From a virus: a stretch of DNA of 64,000 nucleotides. The notes under the pieces are model-generated. The model worked only from the letters and a program-made list of their open reading frames with translations, searched no databases and was not told the origin of the DNA. Each line of letters opens with the position of its first letter. Position 1 is the stretch's first letter. The position numbers were made by a program, and so were the translations under genes. The stretch is taken from IMG/VR virus record IMGVR_UViG_3300017971_000013, positions 1 through 64,000 of that record; one strand, given 5' to 3'. Below, in pieces: positions 47,353-56,356 of the stretch.

Positions 47353-47565
47353 ATGAGACTATCATCTTGCATGACATGTGAAGAAACCACGTGCGCAAAT
47401 TGCGCGCGGTTAGCTGTATATAGAGCACGGGTAACCAGAAGGGCGAGGGCTGGGCGACCAGGAAAGGTGGGTCACATCTACGGGTATGCAGCCAGACATA
47501 GCCTCACAGACTGGCGTAACGATGGCAACAGGTCGACTGCGTTTTTGAAGCACGCGGCAGCATAG
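47353..47565 (+). CDS. Hypothetical Cys/Arg-rich protein
   Basis: GGAG RBS; CxxC..CxxC. Confidence 0.45.
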   Translation: MRLSSCMTCEETTCANCARLAVYRARVTRRARAGRPGKVGHIYGYAARHSLTDWRNDGNRSTAFLKHAAA

Positions 47566-47582
47566 CCAACCAACGCGTGTTC

Positions 47583-47612
47583 AAGCCCTCTAGGAAACTA
47601 GGGGGTTTTTTT
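47583..47612 (+). terminator. Intrinsic terminator
   Basis: GCCCTCTAG-GAAA-CTAGGGGGT followed by a T run. Confidence 0.8.
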
Positions 47613-48007
47613 GTACCCACCGTAGACCGTCAATCCCCTGACACTAAGCCACCTTGGCGCGCCACTATGACACAACGTCGGGCGCATGACTGCTCACCAT
47701 ATATGGACAACGCCGGAAACCCGCATGGTTACTAGGGTTACGGGTCAACTCGCCATATATGGCGACCCACCCCCTTAACGGAAGGGTGTCAAAATTTTGA
47801 CGCTCCAGGACAGATTTTAAATATTAGAAATTGATAGAAGTATATACTGCACATTAGGTTAATATTGCCATTAGACAATGTTAAAAAAAAAATAGAAAAA
47901 ATAAAAAAGAAGTGTAAAACTATAATTCTTTACAAACTGTACAAAATTGACAACACAGGAGAGAGCCTGTATAAACGGAGAGAGAGAGAGAGAGAGAGGA
48001 GGGAGAG

Positions 48008-48289
48008 ATGAAGGAAGCAAGACTAGCAGCAAAAGAACTAGTCGTCGATAAGCTGGTTACGTCTCTTAGAGATATAATCATCGAGCACTTTGAATGCATG
48101 GAAGATAACTTCTCTTCACCAGCACCAGGGAAGGTATTATTGCTGACCGAAGAAGAGCAAAAGATCTTAATTGACATAGTAAAACCTTGGGTATCTAACC
48201 AGAACATGTTTTGTTCTTTAGAGAAGGAAGAACTAGCAAGAATTCAGAAACTAGAAAGAGACCTATTGAAGAAAATAGAGACTCTTTAA
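48008..48289 (+). CDS. Hypothetical protein
   Basis: Purine-rich RBS. Confidence 0.5.
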   Translation: MKEARLAAKELVVDKLVTSLRDIIIEHFECMEDNFSSPAPGKVLLLTEEEQKILIDIVKPWVSNQNMFCSLEKEELARIQKLERDLLKKIETL

Positions 48290-48514
48290 CACAGGAAACA
48301 TTGCGGTATCGCAAGCTATACTAAAGAAGGAAGAAGAGGTCACTATGAAGAGAGTACTTAAAGGAGAAAGATACAAGAAACAAAAGATGACAGAAACAGA
48401 GATAATTAAAGCCCGTGTAAACTGCTTAACTTGTGACACGCTTAGACGTTTATCTATAAAAGAAATAAACTTCATTTGTTATGTTTCAGGATAAATAAAG
48501 ACCCAAGGACAAAA

Positions 48515-48958
48515 ATGAAGAAACTACTTAGACCAGGAAAAATAGAAACAATCTATCTAGAAGACTGCAGAGAATGTGGAGCTTTATATGTTTACGAGAA
48601 AGAAGACATAGACTATACAGATAGACCTGGGTATTTGTTTATTGTTTGTCCTTTCTGTGGTGTACAAAGCTTTCATTCAGATAAGAACCTAGTTCTTAAA
48701 CATGAGGTTAATCTGAGAATATGGTTAAGGGGGTTAAATGAGAAACAGAAAAAAGAATTTGCTAAATATTTAGGGCTTGAGATTTCTTATAAGAAAAGGT
48801 GGGATAAAAGACAGTTAGAAGATGAATTAGTGAACGCTACTCAACTTAGAGATGAGATAGTAAAAGGAAGAAAATTAAAGGGCTGGGATGAGCAATTCTT
48901 TCACTTTGACGGAGATAAACTGACAGTAATAGAGGTAGAAGATGAACTACATAGTTGA
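48515..48958 (+). CDS. Zn-ribbon protein
   Basis: CRECG...CPFCG. Confidence 0.55.
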   Translation: MKKLLRPGKIETIYLEDCRECGALYVYEKEDIDYTDRPGYLFIVCPFCGVQSFHSDKNLVLKHEVNLRIWLRGLNEKQKKEFAKYLGLEISYKKRWDKRQLEDELVNATQLRDEIVKGRKLKGWDEQFFHFDGDKLTVIEVEDELHS

Positions 48959-49133
48959 ACATGGTGACGAATTCGAAGGAAGATTGTATATAGGCAGGTG
49001 TTCTTGTGGATGTAGAAAGATTTCTTTTGTGATCTGTATAAACTAGATATGGGAGGTATATTTGCTCTTGTGTGCCAAAAGAAAGAGAAATAATGAATAA
49101 AGGTGATAGGTATTTCTGTTTAAAGGAGCTGTA

Positions 49134-49469
49134 ATGATTACCATACTAGAACAAGGATCGGCCGAATTAAAAACTTTTAAGGTCACATGTACTTCTTGTA
49201 ATTGTAAATTTCTTTATCAATCGAATGATCTAATTAGAAGAAGAACATCTCCTGATCTTGTCAAAGACTCTGTGATCTTTTGTCCTGAATGCCGTACATG
49301 TATTCCTCACTTTAACGAAAACGAACTAGCACATCCACATACAGATGTAATAGAACACCTTTGTCTGACCTGTGAACATCTTAACCATGACGATATGTTT
49401 TGTGGAGTAATGTCTAGAAATTGTAATGTTTGGATTGTAGGAGCTTGTGCTGGTTACGAAGAACATTAA
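49134..49469 (+). CDS. Zn-ribbon protein
   Basis: CTSC...CPEC...CLTC. Confidence 0.55.
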   Translation: MITILEQGSAELKTFKVTCTSCNCKFLYQSNDLIRRRTSPDLVKDSVIFCPECRTCIPHFNENELAHPHTDVIEHLCLTCEHLNHDDMFCGVMSRNCNVWIVGACAGYEEH

Positions 49470-49534
49470 ATTGACATTATTTTTAGGTAATGTTACAAAA
49501 TGTATAGAACGTACAGAGAAGGAAAGGAGATAGA

Positions 49535-49792
49535 TTGAAGAGGATTAAACAAGCAAATCCTAGACTGAGAAGAAAGAACTATGACCTAAAACAAGAATTA
49601 AAGAGCTACAAAAATGCATTAAATAACCTACATTACATAATGAAACTACTTTTAATAGAACATGGAGGTTCTTTTGAATTTTCTTCAGAAAGAAACCAAG
49701 GGATAAACGACAAACATTTAGTCACTAAGAAGGCAGAAACAGAGGGTAATCATGTTATCTATCTTGTAGGATCAGATTTAAATGAAAATTAA
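49535..49792 (+). CDS. Hypothetical protein
   Basis: AGGAG RBS, TTG start. Confidence 0.5.
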   Translation: MKRIKQANPRLRRKNYDLKQELKSYKNALNNLHYIMKLLLIEHGGSFEFSSERNQGINDKHLVTKKAETEGNHVIYLVGSDLNEN

Positions 49793-50048
49793 AGATTTTC
49801 TAGAAGGAAAAAGAATCGACAAATTAACACTGAATAATAATGTGTTAAAACTGACGACAGAGAAAGGAACTGTGACAATAACGCCGCGCGACAATCAAGG
49901 AAATCTTACAGGAGCCTATTTAGATCTCTTCTTTGAAGAAAGAACCTGTCCTTCTTGTGACTCAACTAATGTCGTAATAAAACCTAGTAAATATGAGCAA
50001 AATAAGAAAACATTATATTGTTTCAACTGTGGACTAGGGTGTGTGTAA
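49782..50048 (+). CDS. Zn-ribbon protein
   Basis: CPSC...CFNC. Confidence 0.5.
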   Translation: MKIKDFLEGKRIDKLTLNNNVLKLTTEKGTVTITPRDNQGNLTGAYLDLFFEERTCPSCDSTNVVIKPSKYEQNKKTLYCFNCGLGCV

Positions 50049-50668
50049 TGGGTTTTCGGTTTAAACAAGACTATTTTAATTATCTAGAAGAAAGAATAGA
50101 AGGGTTAGAACGAGCAAATAACAGCCTAAAAGAAGACATAAGGAAGACTATGACTGCAAATAGAATATGTAAAACATGTAAGCATTGGAATGAGCATGAG
50201 AATATTTCTAATGGAGAATGTGGCGTTTATGGAAGTACAACTACTAAAAGCCATACTTGTGAAAAATATGAAGCAGGCAGTCTGTTTTACCAAGAAGAAA
50301 TACAACGTCTGAATGGTATCGTCATCGAACAGAAACAAGAACTAAAACAAGCTAAAAAGGAGATATCTTCAGCTATAGAAGATAAAGGCAACTTTAGAAA
50401 GTTAGCAGAAGAACGATTAGAAGAGATAAACCTTTTAAAGAGAACAGAGGAAATTACAGATAGAGTATGTTGTGTGATTGGAGAGGTGTTTTATCTGTTA
50501 GATGACGAAGAGAATTCACGTTTAAATGTCTCTCCTATGGAACTAGAAGATGTCTTCTGGGAGGCATTCAAGAGCTTTCAATCGGAAGAAGAAAGCATCT
50601 ATAATCTATCTAGAGAATTCTACGGTGCGCTAGTTAGGAGACCTATAGAATGGGTGACAGACAAATAA
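50048..50668 (+). CDS. Hypothetical coiled-coil/Cys protein
   Basis: Coupled ORF. Confidence 0.5.
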   Translation: MGFRFKQDYFNYLEERIEGLERANNSLKEDIRKTMTANRICKTCKHWNEHENISNGECGVYGSTTTKSHTCEKYEAGSLFYQEEIQRLNGIVIEQKQELKQAKKEISSAIEDKGNFRKLAEERLEEINLLKRTEEITDRVCCVIGEVFYLLDDEENSRLNVSPMELEDVFWEAFKSFQSEEESIYNLSREFYGALVRRPIEWVTDK

Positions 50669-51015
50669 ATAAAGAACTACGGTATTTTCTACAAAAAGAG
50701 CTTCCAGGTTGTGTATTAACTGTTAAGGATGAAATATATGGAGAAGACTGTAAATCAACTGCCTTTAAATTAGAGTTTGCAGGCTTTCACGCCGAAAACT
50801 ATATTTCAGACTTTGCAATGGTAACATCAGCTTTTCCTGATATAGCCGTTGAAAATATCATTAAAGAGCTCGTAAGAGAGATCAAACATTTAGTACTCAA
50901 ACACTTTGGAATGGTATGTATACCAAGAGATGTGTTTGATGCAACCATTAAGTATCTAGGATATAATCCTTTTGGCGCTTCTTATGGAGAAGAGAAAAAG
51001 AATGAATACACCTAA
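50650..51015 (+). CDS. Hypothetical protein
   Basis: AGGAG RBS. Confidence 0.5.
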   Translation: MGDRQINKELRYFLQKELPGCVLTVKDEIYGEDCKSTAFKLEFAGFHAENYISDFAMVTSAFPDIAVENIIKELVREIKHLVLKHFGMVCIPRDVFDATIKYLGYNPFGASYGEEKKNEYT

Positions 51016-51256
51016 GGTTTCGCAGCTTTATCGTATCGGTATTGTTGAGATGGAAGATGGTTCTGTAGGTCTGTGTGGAGAGCTGATAGACAAGAACAAG
51101 AACATAACTCTTTTTGCTATTTCTTCTCAACAACTAGCGGCGATGAATGAACTTCAAATGAAAGCGCAAGAGCTTAGAGGGGAGATTGAAGGTCACGTAA
51201 CCATTGCTGTTTCTGAAGAAATTGATGAAGATGTGACTAACAAATTGTTGAATTAG
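51002..51256 (+). CDS. Hypothetical protein
   Basis: Coupled ORF. Confidence 0.5.
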   Translation: MNTPKVSQLYRIGIVEMEDGSVGLCGELIDKNKNITLFAISSQQLAAMNELQMKAQELRGEIEGHVTIAVSEEIDEDVTNKLLN

Positions 51257-51332
51257 AGAGTGTACATAACGTAGAAATGTGGTAAAATACTGAGGTTTCT
51301 GAAACTGTTGTTTTCTTCAGAAAGGTTGCCAC

Positions 51333-51515
51333 ATGACAACATCTAGTACTGAGGCCTTCAAAAGAGCATTAACTAATCTAAACTCTTTTGCGGCTAAAAT
51401 GGTTGGTCTAGGGTATCCAATACCTCCTAATGTGAATCAGAATGATCCGGAGGTTCAGACGTTATTACAGAGATGTAAAGAAAAATGGGGCGCGCCCAGA
51501 AAGAAGATAGAATGA
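51333..51515 (+). CDS. Hypothetical protein
   Basis: Start codon lies inside a 22-bp palindrome. Confidence 0.45.
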   Translation: MTTSSTEAFKRALTNLNSFAAKMVGLGYPIPPNVNQNDPEVQTLLQRCKEKWGAPRKKIE

Positions 51516-51751
51516 ATAAGCTAGCTTTTAGACTTACTGTCGTTTCGATTCTTATTCTTTGTGTGATTTGTCTTCTTAAAATGGCATTCTATCAACCTAC
51601 TTATGAATATGGCATAGATCCTACACAAGACTGCGAGGCCGTTAAAAAAGGTGAGGGTTACGCACCTTGTATGAATAATTTGTCACGGCAGGGTTGGGAG
51701 CCTATAGATACGGTAGGAGGACAATACGTTATTTATAGGAGAGCCAAATGA
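51512..51751 (+). CDS. DUF4177-like protein with N-terminal TM segment
   Basis: YEY...MNNLSRQGWE...YRR. Confidence 0.5.
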   Translation: MNKLAFRLTVVSILILCVICLLKMAFYQPTYEYGIDPTQDCEAVKKGEGYAPCMNNLSRQGWEPIDTVGGQYVIYRRAK

Positions 51752-52068
51752 CCGAAGATGAATATTTTTTCCCCACCAAACCTATAAACCTAGGGAACGC
51801 CTGTAGTACTGGTGATAATGGAATTTCTATAGACAAGAAAGATCTTACACTTTATGCAAATTGTAATTTCTGTACAATGAAGCGCGAGGCGACGAAAATG
51901 TTCGGTTTCTTTGTAGCAGAAGACATCATGCGTATATGTGAAGACTGTGTCTTAGCCGCAATATCCAACTCACTAGCTGTTCCTGAACTTGAGCAAAGAC
52001 TTCAAAGATTAGAAGAATACCTACGGGCCAATGAGCCTTATAGGTATAAACATTTTGATGAAGGATAG
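51748..52068 (+). CDS. ClpX-type C4 Zn-finger protein
   Basis: CNFC...RICEDCV. Confidence 0.5.
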   Translation: MTEDEYFFPTKPINLGNACSTGDNGISIDKKDLTLYANCNFCTMKREATKMFGFFVAEDIMRICEDCVLAAISNSLAVPELEQRLQRLEEYLRANEPYRYKHFDEG

Positions 52069-52070
52069 TA

Positions 52071-52313
52071 ATGTTCAGACATAATAGAATACAACCTATC
52101 TTCACTAGATGTGAGAGGTGCGGAACGTCTTTAGACGAACCTAATGCAACAGAAACTTCTCCTTTTTGTTTAAGATGTCGGCGTCTCAACAGAAAAGAAG
52201 CACACATGGATAAAAAGAATAAATGCGCATGTGGTAGCCCAAAATCTAAGAAAGCCAAACAATGTAGGCAATGCTTTTATCACAGAAAGAAATCCAAACC
52301 TTTTGATTTGTGA
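52071..52313 (+). CDS. Zn-finger protein
   Basis: Multiple CxxC motifs. Confidence 0.5.
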   Translation: MFRHNRIQPIFTRCERCGTSLDEPNATETSPFCLRCRRLNRKEAHMDKKNKCACGSPKSKKAKQCRQCFYHRKKSKPFDL

Positions 52314-52319
52314 GGAACT

Positions 52320-52538
52320 ATGCTACGAAGAATTTTAGGATATACTGCGGCGGTTGTTTTTGGAGGAGCAACACTTCTAGCGGTCGCTTTCTTTGTTATG
52401 GTGTGCATAGCGGCAACTATGTCATATCTGGCTTTTATAGGTCTGGTGAAAAGCGCAGAAGCAAAGCAATGGAGCGACGCATTAGCGGCACTAGGGATGG
52501 TGTTTGGGTTACCACTGGGATATCTCTTTGGGTACTAA
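52320..52538 (+). CDS. Small membrane protein
   Basis: GAGG RBS; hydrophobic. Confidence 0.5.
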   Translation: MLRRILGYTAAVVFGGATLLAVAFFVMVCIAATMSYLAFIGLVKSAEAKQWSDALAALGMVFGLPLGYLFGY

Positions 52539-52543
52539 CCATC

Positions 52544-52888
52544 ATGGTTATTGTAGATTTTAAATATTTAGAGCGTCTTATAAGAGAAGAGGCCACAAAA
52601 CTTCGGCGTTTACTGCCAAAAAATAGGTGGTACCTGCTCTGTCCTTACTATGATGCAGAGGAAGGTAAGCTAATAGCTTCGTTTGAAGGTCAATTGGCTT
52701 ATAAGACACTTGTTACTTTCGAATGCAAAAAAGACTCGGACTTCGACACTTGTGCCGTTGTTGTTGAGATAGAAAAAGGAGGCAGGTGGCTGAAATTAGC
52801 CAATAAAGAACTCAAATTCATTAATAACAGAGACATAGAGAGGGTAAGACATTGGCTACATTCGATCTTAAAGGAGATCACAACTTAA
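52544..52888 (+). CDS. Hypothetical protein
   Basis: Operon ORF. Confidence 0.45.
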   Translation: MVIVDFKYLERLIREEATKLRRLLPKNRWYLLCPYYDAEEGKLIASFEGQLAYKTLVTFECKKDSDFDTCAVVVEIEKGGRWLKLANKELKFINNRDIERVRHWLHSILKEITT

Positions 52889-53262
52889 GTAGTAATTACA
52901 CTTTTGAGGTCTTCTTTAAAAATGACATGTATGAACATTTTCGTGCAGGTAACATGAAAGGCACTGTAGGTGATGCAATTGTGATTGCCTATAGAAGCAT
53001 TCAAACGTTTAAAAATATTTCAGACACGCATTTTAAGATTATTGTTAGAAAAAGAATGTGTAAAGGCTGCACACAATGTGGAAAGACACGTGATACCTCG
53101 GTGATGCGAGGAGATATTGTAGCCACTGTAATTTTTCAATATCCAGACAGAGAGCTGGAAGAACTTCAGAAGATTTTTGTGGGAGATATTACATATGTCG
53201 AAGAAAAAGGTACAGAAGATCAGTGCGACAATTCTGAGGCTGGAGCTTGCGGACACGCTTAA
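52852..53262 (+). CDS. Hypothetical protein
   Basis: Operon ORF. Confidence 0.45.
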   Translation: MATFDLKGDHNLSSNYTFEVFFKNDMYEHFRAGNMKGTVGDAIVIAYRSIQTFKNISDTHFKIIVRKRMCKGCTQCGKTRDTSVMRGDIVATVIFQYPDRELEELQKIFVGDITYVEEKGTEDQCDNSEAGACGHA

Positions 53263-53422
53263 TGAAATTGCCTACAATCATGTAAGGTATATCATCGAGA
53301 GAAGCGGAAAAGAGATAGCGGCTATTGTACCTATGGAGGATTTTGAAAGACTCCAGAGAGAAGGGGCCGATGAAGAAACTAGTGATGGTGGAGGAAAGAC
53401 TAGAAAACCTGGTGGATCTTAA
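53195..53422 (+). CDS. Phd/YefM-family antitoxin-like protein
   Basis: ISATILR..LADTLNE.....YIIERSGKEIAAIVPMEDFERL matches the Phd/YefM pattern. Confidence 0.7.
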   Translation: MSKKKVQKISATILRLELADTLNEIAYNHVRYIIERSGKEIAAIVPMEDFERLQREGADEETSDGGGKTRKPGGS

Positions 53423-53594
53423 TCAACTAGAGAAACAAATTTGCGCACTTGTTGCCGCAAAATATGAAATAGATGTCAGTAGGGCATCTGTACGTATAGC
53501 ACCAGAGAGAGGTTGGACAACTGGTTACAAATTGTCTGACTTTTACATACAGGTACGCGCGGAAAGAATAACTGATACTTCTCAGGAGAAATAA
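53370..53594 (+). CDS. Hypothetical protein
   Basis: Overlapping ORF. Confidence 0.45.
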   Translation: MKKLVMVEERLENLVDLNQLEKQICALVAAKYEIDVSRASVRIAPERGWTTGYKLSDFYIQVRAERITDTSQEK

Positions 53595-53595
53595 A

Positions 53596-53883
53596 ATGGC
53601 AACGGTGTCTGAGACAATTCGAGGCGTCATCGAAGGTGAAGGTTTAGAGGTTGCAGATTTGTATTCTTCTAACGTGACCGATGGAAAACATTGGAGACTA
53701 CTGTTAAATAATGATGAATTTAAGGTACGACCCCCTATGAGAATGTTGTTGAATGATAAAGTACGCCAGGCCCTAGACTCTGAGGGTTACGTGGTCTTTA
53801 ATAACAAAGTGGAGATAAAAGCGTATACAAGAGACGAGGTTGTAAATAATTACGCGGCCTTTTCTTATTACATAGAGGACTAG
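53596..53883 (+). CDS. Hypothetical protein
   Basis: AGGAG RBS. Confidence 0.55.
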   Translation: MATVSETIRGVIEGEGLEVADLYSSNVTDGKHWRLLLNNDEFKVRPPMRMLLNDKVRQALDSEGYVVFNNKVEIKAYTRDEVVNNYAAFSYYIED

Positions 53884-53884
53884 A

Positions 53885-54220
53885 ATGACTATCAGCAAAG
53901 AGAATTGGAAAACTTGGGTGCCAATAGCTCTTACTGTTTTGTCTATGCTAGGAGGCGCCTTTGGTACGATGATATCATGGATTCATGGTGTAGACATGCG
54001 GCTAGAGGTAATTGAACGTGAGATAAAGAACATAGAACCAAACTTCGAGCCTTATAAAATAGCTGTAGAACACAAAGAAAAAATTAAAATGAGGAAATTT
54101 TGCCATTCAACGCCTTCTGGTAAACGTTGTACAACGGAGGTTTGTGTAGATAAAGATGGAACCATGGAGTGTTCAGCTGTTCCAGACCTTAAAGAAGATG
54201 AGAAGAGAGCGGCACCTTAA
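53885..54220 (+). CDS. Membrane protein with N-terminal TM segment
   Basis: WVPIALTVLSMLGGAFGTMISW. Confidence 0.5.
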   Translation: MTISKENWKTWVPIALTVLSMLGGAFGTMISWIHGVDMRLEVIEREIKNIEPNFEPYKIAVEHKEKIKMRKFCHSTPSGKRCTTEVCVDKDGTMECSAVPDLKEDEKRAAP

Positions 54221-54740
54221 GAAAAAGCAAATGAAGGACATCATGACAAAAGCCCTGGAAGATTTAGAGCCGGTTGAAATTGTGGCGATGACAAAAGCAC
54301 TTAGAGATGTGTATGCGGTTGCAAGAGATCAGGTGTTACCAGGTGTGCATCACGTTGATGTCGTAGTAAGATTAAAAGGCACAGTTAAAGTTGCCGATGC
54401 GCAACTTTACACACCAACAGCTGAAATCTCTTTTATGAAGATCTTGGCGCAAATGTTACATAATATTGGATACAACGAAGCGGCGATGGCGCTACGTAAA
54501 ATGTTTGTAGATCAATTTATGACAGCGGCAGAGATGTTAATAAAAGAAAAAAACCCTAAGAAAATAGAGGATGAGATAGAAGCGCTATCCACAGCTTTTG
54601 AAATGGTCAAACAACGTCTAAGAGACGTCCTACCTAAGAAACTTCGACATGGAGCCGTTTCACCTCAGCTCACCGTGGAAACCTGGGCTCCAGAAGATCC
54701 ATTGTATTCAAAAATAAAAAAGATCTTTGGGAGGTGTTAA
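54198..54740 (+). CDS. Hypothetical protein
   Basis: Operon ORF. Confidence 0.5.
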   Translation: MRRERHLKKKQMKDIMTKALEDLEPVEIVAMTKALRDVYAVARDQVLPGVHHVDVVVRLKGTVKVADAQLYTPTAEISFMKILAQMLHNIGYNEAAMALRKMFVDQFMTAAEMLIKEKNPKKIEDEIEALSTAFEMVKQRLRDVLPKKLRHGAVSPQLTVETWAPEDPLYSKIKKIFGRC

Positions 54741-54982
54741 TGCTGCGTGAAGTAATTCAGGTATGGAAATGTTCCAAATGTGAATATTACGCATTTGGGG
54801 ATGTTATTTCTTCTAAGAAACACAGAGAGGTTGTTGTAAATCGTTTAGGAGCAAAAAAGGTGCGGGTATACACAGAAAATCTGTGTGACGGGGAGATGAA
54901 GAAAAAAGGTAAAGGTTTTGGTTGTTATGATTTAGATCCTGGTAAGGGCGCAGCTAGAAGCTGTAGTCATAGAGGAGAATAA
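54734..54982 (+). CDS. Hypothetical protein
   Basis: GGAGG RBS. Confidence 0.5.
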   Translation: MLMLREVIQVWKCSKCEYYAFGDVISSKKHREVVVNRLGAKKVRVYTENLCDGEMKKKGKGFGCYDLDPGKGAARSCSHRGE

Positions 54983-54984
54983 GA

Positions 54985-56100
54985 ATGAAGGAGATATATT
55001 TACGCATATTTACATGTGATTTTTGTTCGTGTATTTTTGGGATAGAATGGTCAAAGACAGATTCCCCTTGTGCAATAATCTGTCCGGTCTGCACAGAATA
55101 TGTGTGGGAAGAAAACGACGAGGACGATATGGATCATCTTTCAGATACACAAGTTGAAGAAGCTGTAAGTTATAATAAAAAACAAAGTTATTCACCTAGT
55201 ACTTGGATGGAAATTCAAGAAATGGTAGTTTGTCACGCTGATGGACTCGTTGGGCCAGATACTGTTCAGCACGTAGCATTTTGGCAATATAGACAAGATA
55301 TAGGATTGACTATAGATGGAAAAGTAGGGCCAGCTACCCTAAAAGAAATGGGTATTGAATACATTCCTGATGATGAATATGACATTAGAAACATGGTTAA
55401 AACCTACCCACATAGGTGTTTTGGTATAGATGTTTCTGACTATCAAGGTGATCTTTCTGCGGAAGATTTTCAACTTATGAAAGATGCGGGAGTAGTCTTT
55501 GTCATTTTTAAGGCTACTGAAGGTAGAACTTGGAAATCAAAATATTTTCATAACAATATTGTGAGAGCAAAAGGTGTCGGTCTTTTTGTATCTGCTTATC
55601 ATTTGACGCGTTTGACAGACTCTGCCGTTACTGAGGTGATGAACCCAGAAGGAGGAGCAGAGAACTTTGTTAATTTTATAGGTGATAAATGGTCACTGCT
55701 TGATTTTACTTGTTGGAACGATTTGGAATACAAACAGGTAGAACAGATGGTTAATTTGTGCAGCGCAGCTGAAGCAAATGATTGGTTGATGCGGTGGATG
55801 GTACGATTCAAAGAAATGGTTAGCCATAAAATTGAATTTTACCTGTCTCATAGAACAGCAAAGCTGTTTAGTTCGTATTGTGAACCTTTTAATACAACAG
55901 AAGGGTGGTGGGCGTATTACGATTCTGCTACTTGGGGAGATCCACCAAAAATGTATCCTCCTAATTGGAATAAATGGATGTTTAGGCAGATAACAGGCTC
56001 GGGTAAGGTTCCTGGCATTCATGGGGATTGTGACATAAACTATTTTGCCGGAGATACACAAGACTTTTTGGACTTTATAACCAATGAGCAAAGAGGATAG
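54985..56100 (+). CDS. Endolysin: peptidoglycan-binding domain + GH25 muramidase
   Basis: ADGLVGPDT and IDGKVGPATL repeats; GIDVSDYQG, KATEG, DLE, G.VPGI.G.CDIN. Confidence 0.85.
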   Translation: MKEIYLRIFTCDFCSCIFGIEWSKTDSPCAIICPVCTEYVWEENDEDDMDHLSDTQVEEAVSYNKKQSYSPSTWMEIQEMVVCHADGLVGPDTVQHVAFWQYRQDIGLTIDGKVGPATLKEMGIEYIPDDEYDIRNMVKTYPHRCFGIDVSDYQGDLSAEDFQLMKDAGVVFVIFKATEGRTWKSKYFHNNIVRAKGVGLFVSAYHLTRLTDSAVTEVMNPEGGAENFVNFIGDKWSLLDFTCWNDLEYKQVEQMVNLCSAAEANDWLMRWMVRFKEMVSHKIEFYLSHRTAKLFSSYCEPFNTTEGWWAYYDSATWGDPPKMYPPNWNKWMFRQITGSGKVPGIHGDCDINYFAGDTQDFLDFITNEQRG

Positions 56101-56356
56101 TTCTATGTTCACAGCCCTGTTGGTGTTGTTTGTTGATATAGAGCGTCAAGTGCCTAAAGTATCTCTTTCTATGTTAACTAACGATTTTATTAACAGGGTT
56201 AAATCTTATATCGAATATGAACTTAGGGAATTAATGAAATTCTTTGGGTTCATATTTCGATATGAGCTACGGGTCTTACCGTGTGTTAGCTTATGTGATG
56301 TGGTTTTAAGCATACCAGATGAAGACATAGCTAAAATGAAGGAGTATAAATGGTAG
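56084..56356 (+). CDS. Hypothetical protein
   Basis: Operon ORF. Confidence 0.45.
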   Translation: MSKEDSSMFTALLVLFVDIERQVPKVSLSMLTNDFINRVKSYIEYELRELMKFFGFIFRYELRVLPCVSLCDVVLSIPDEDIAKMKEYKW

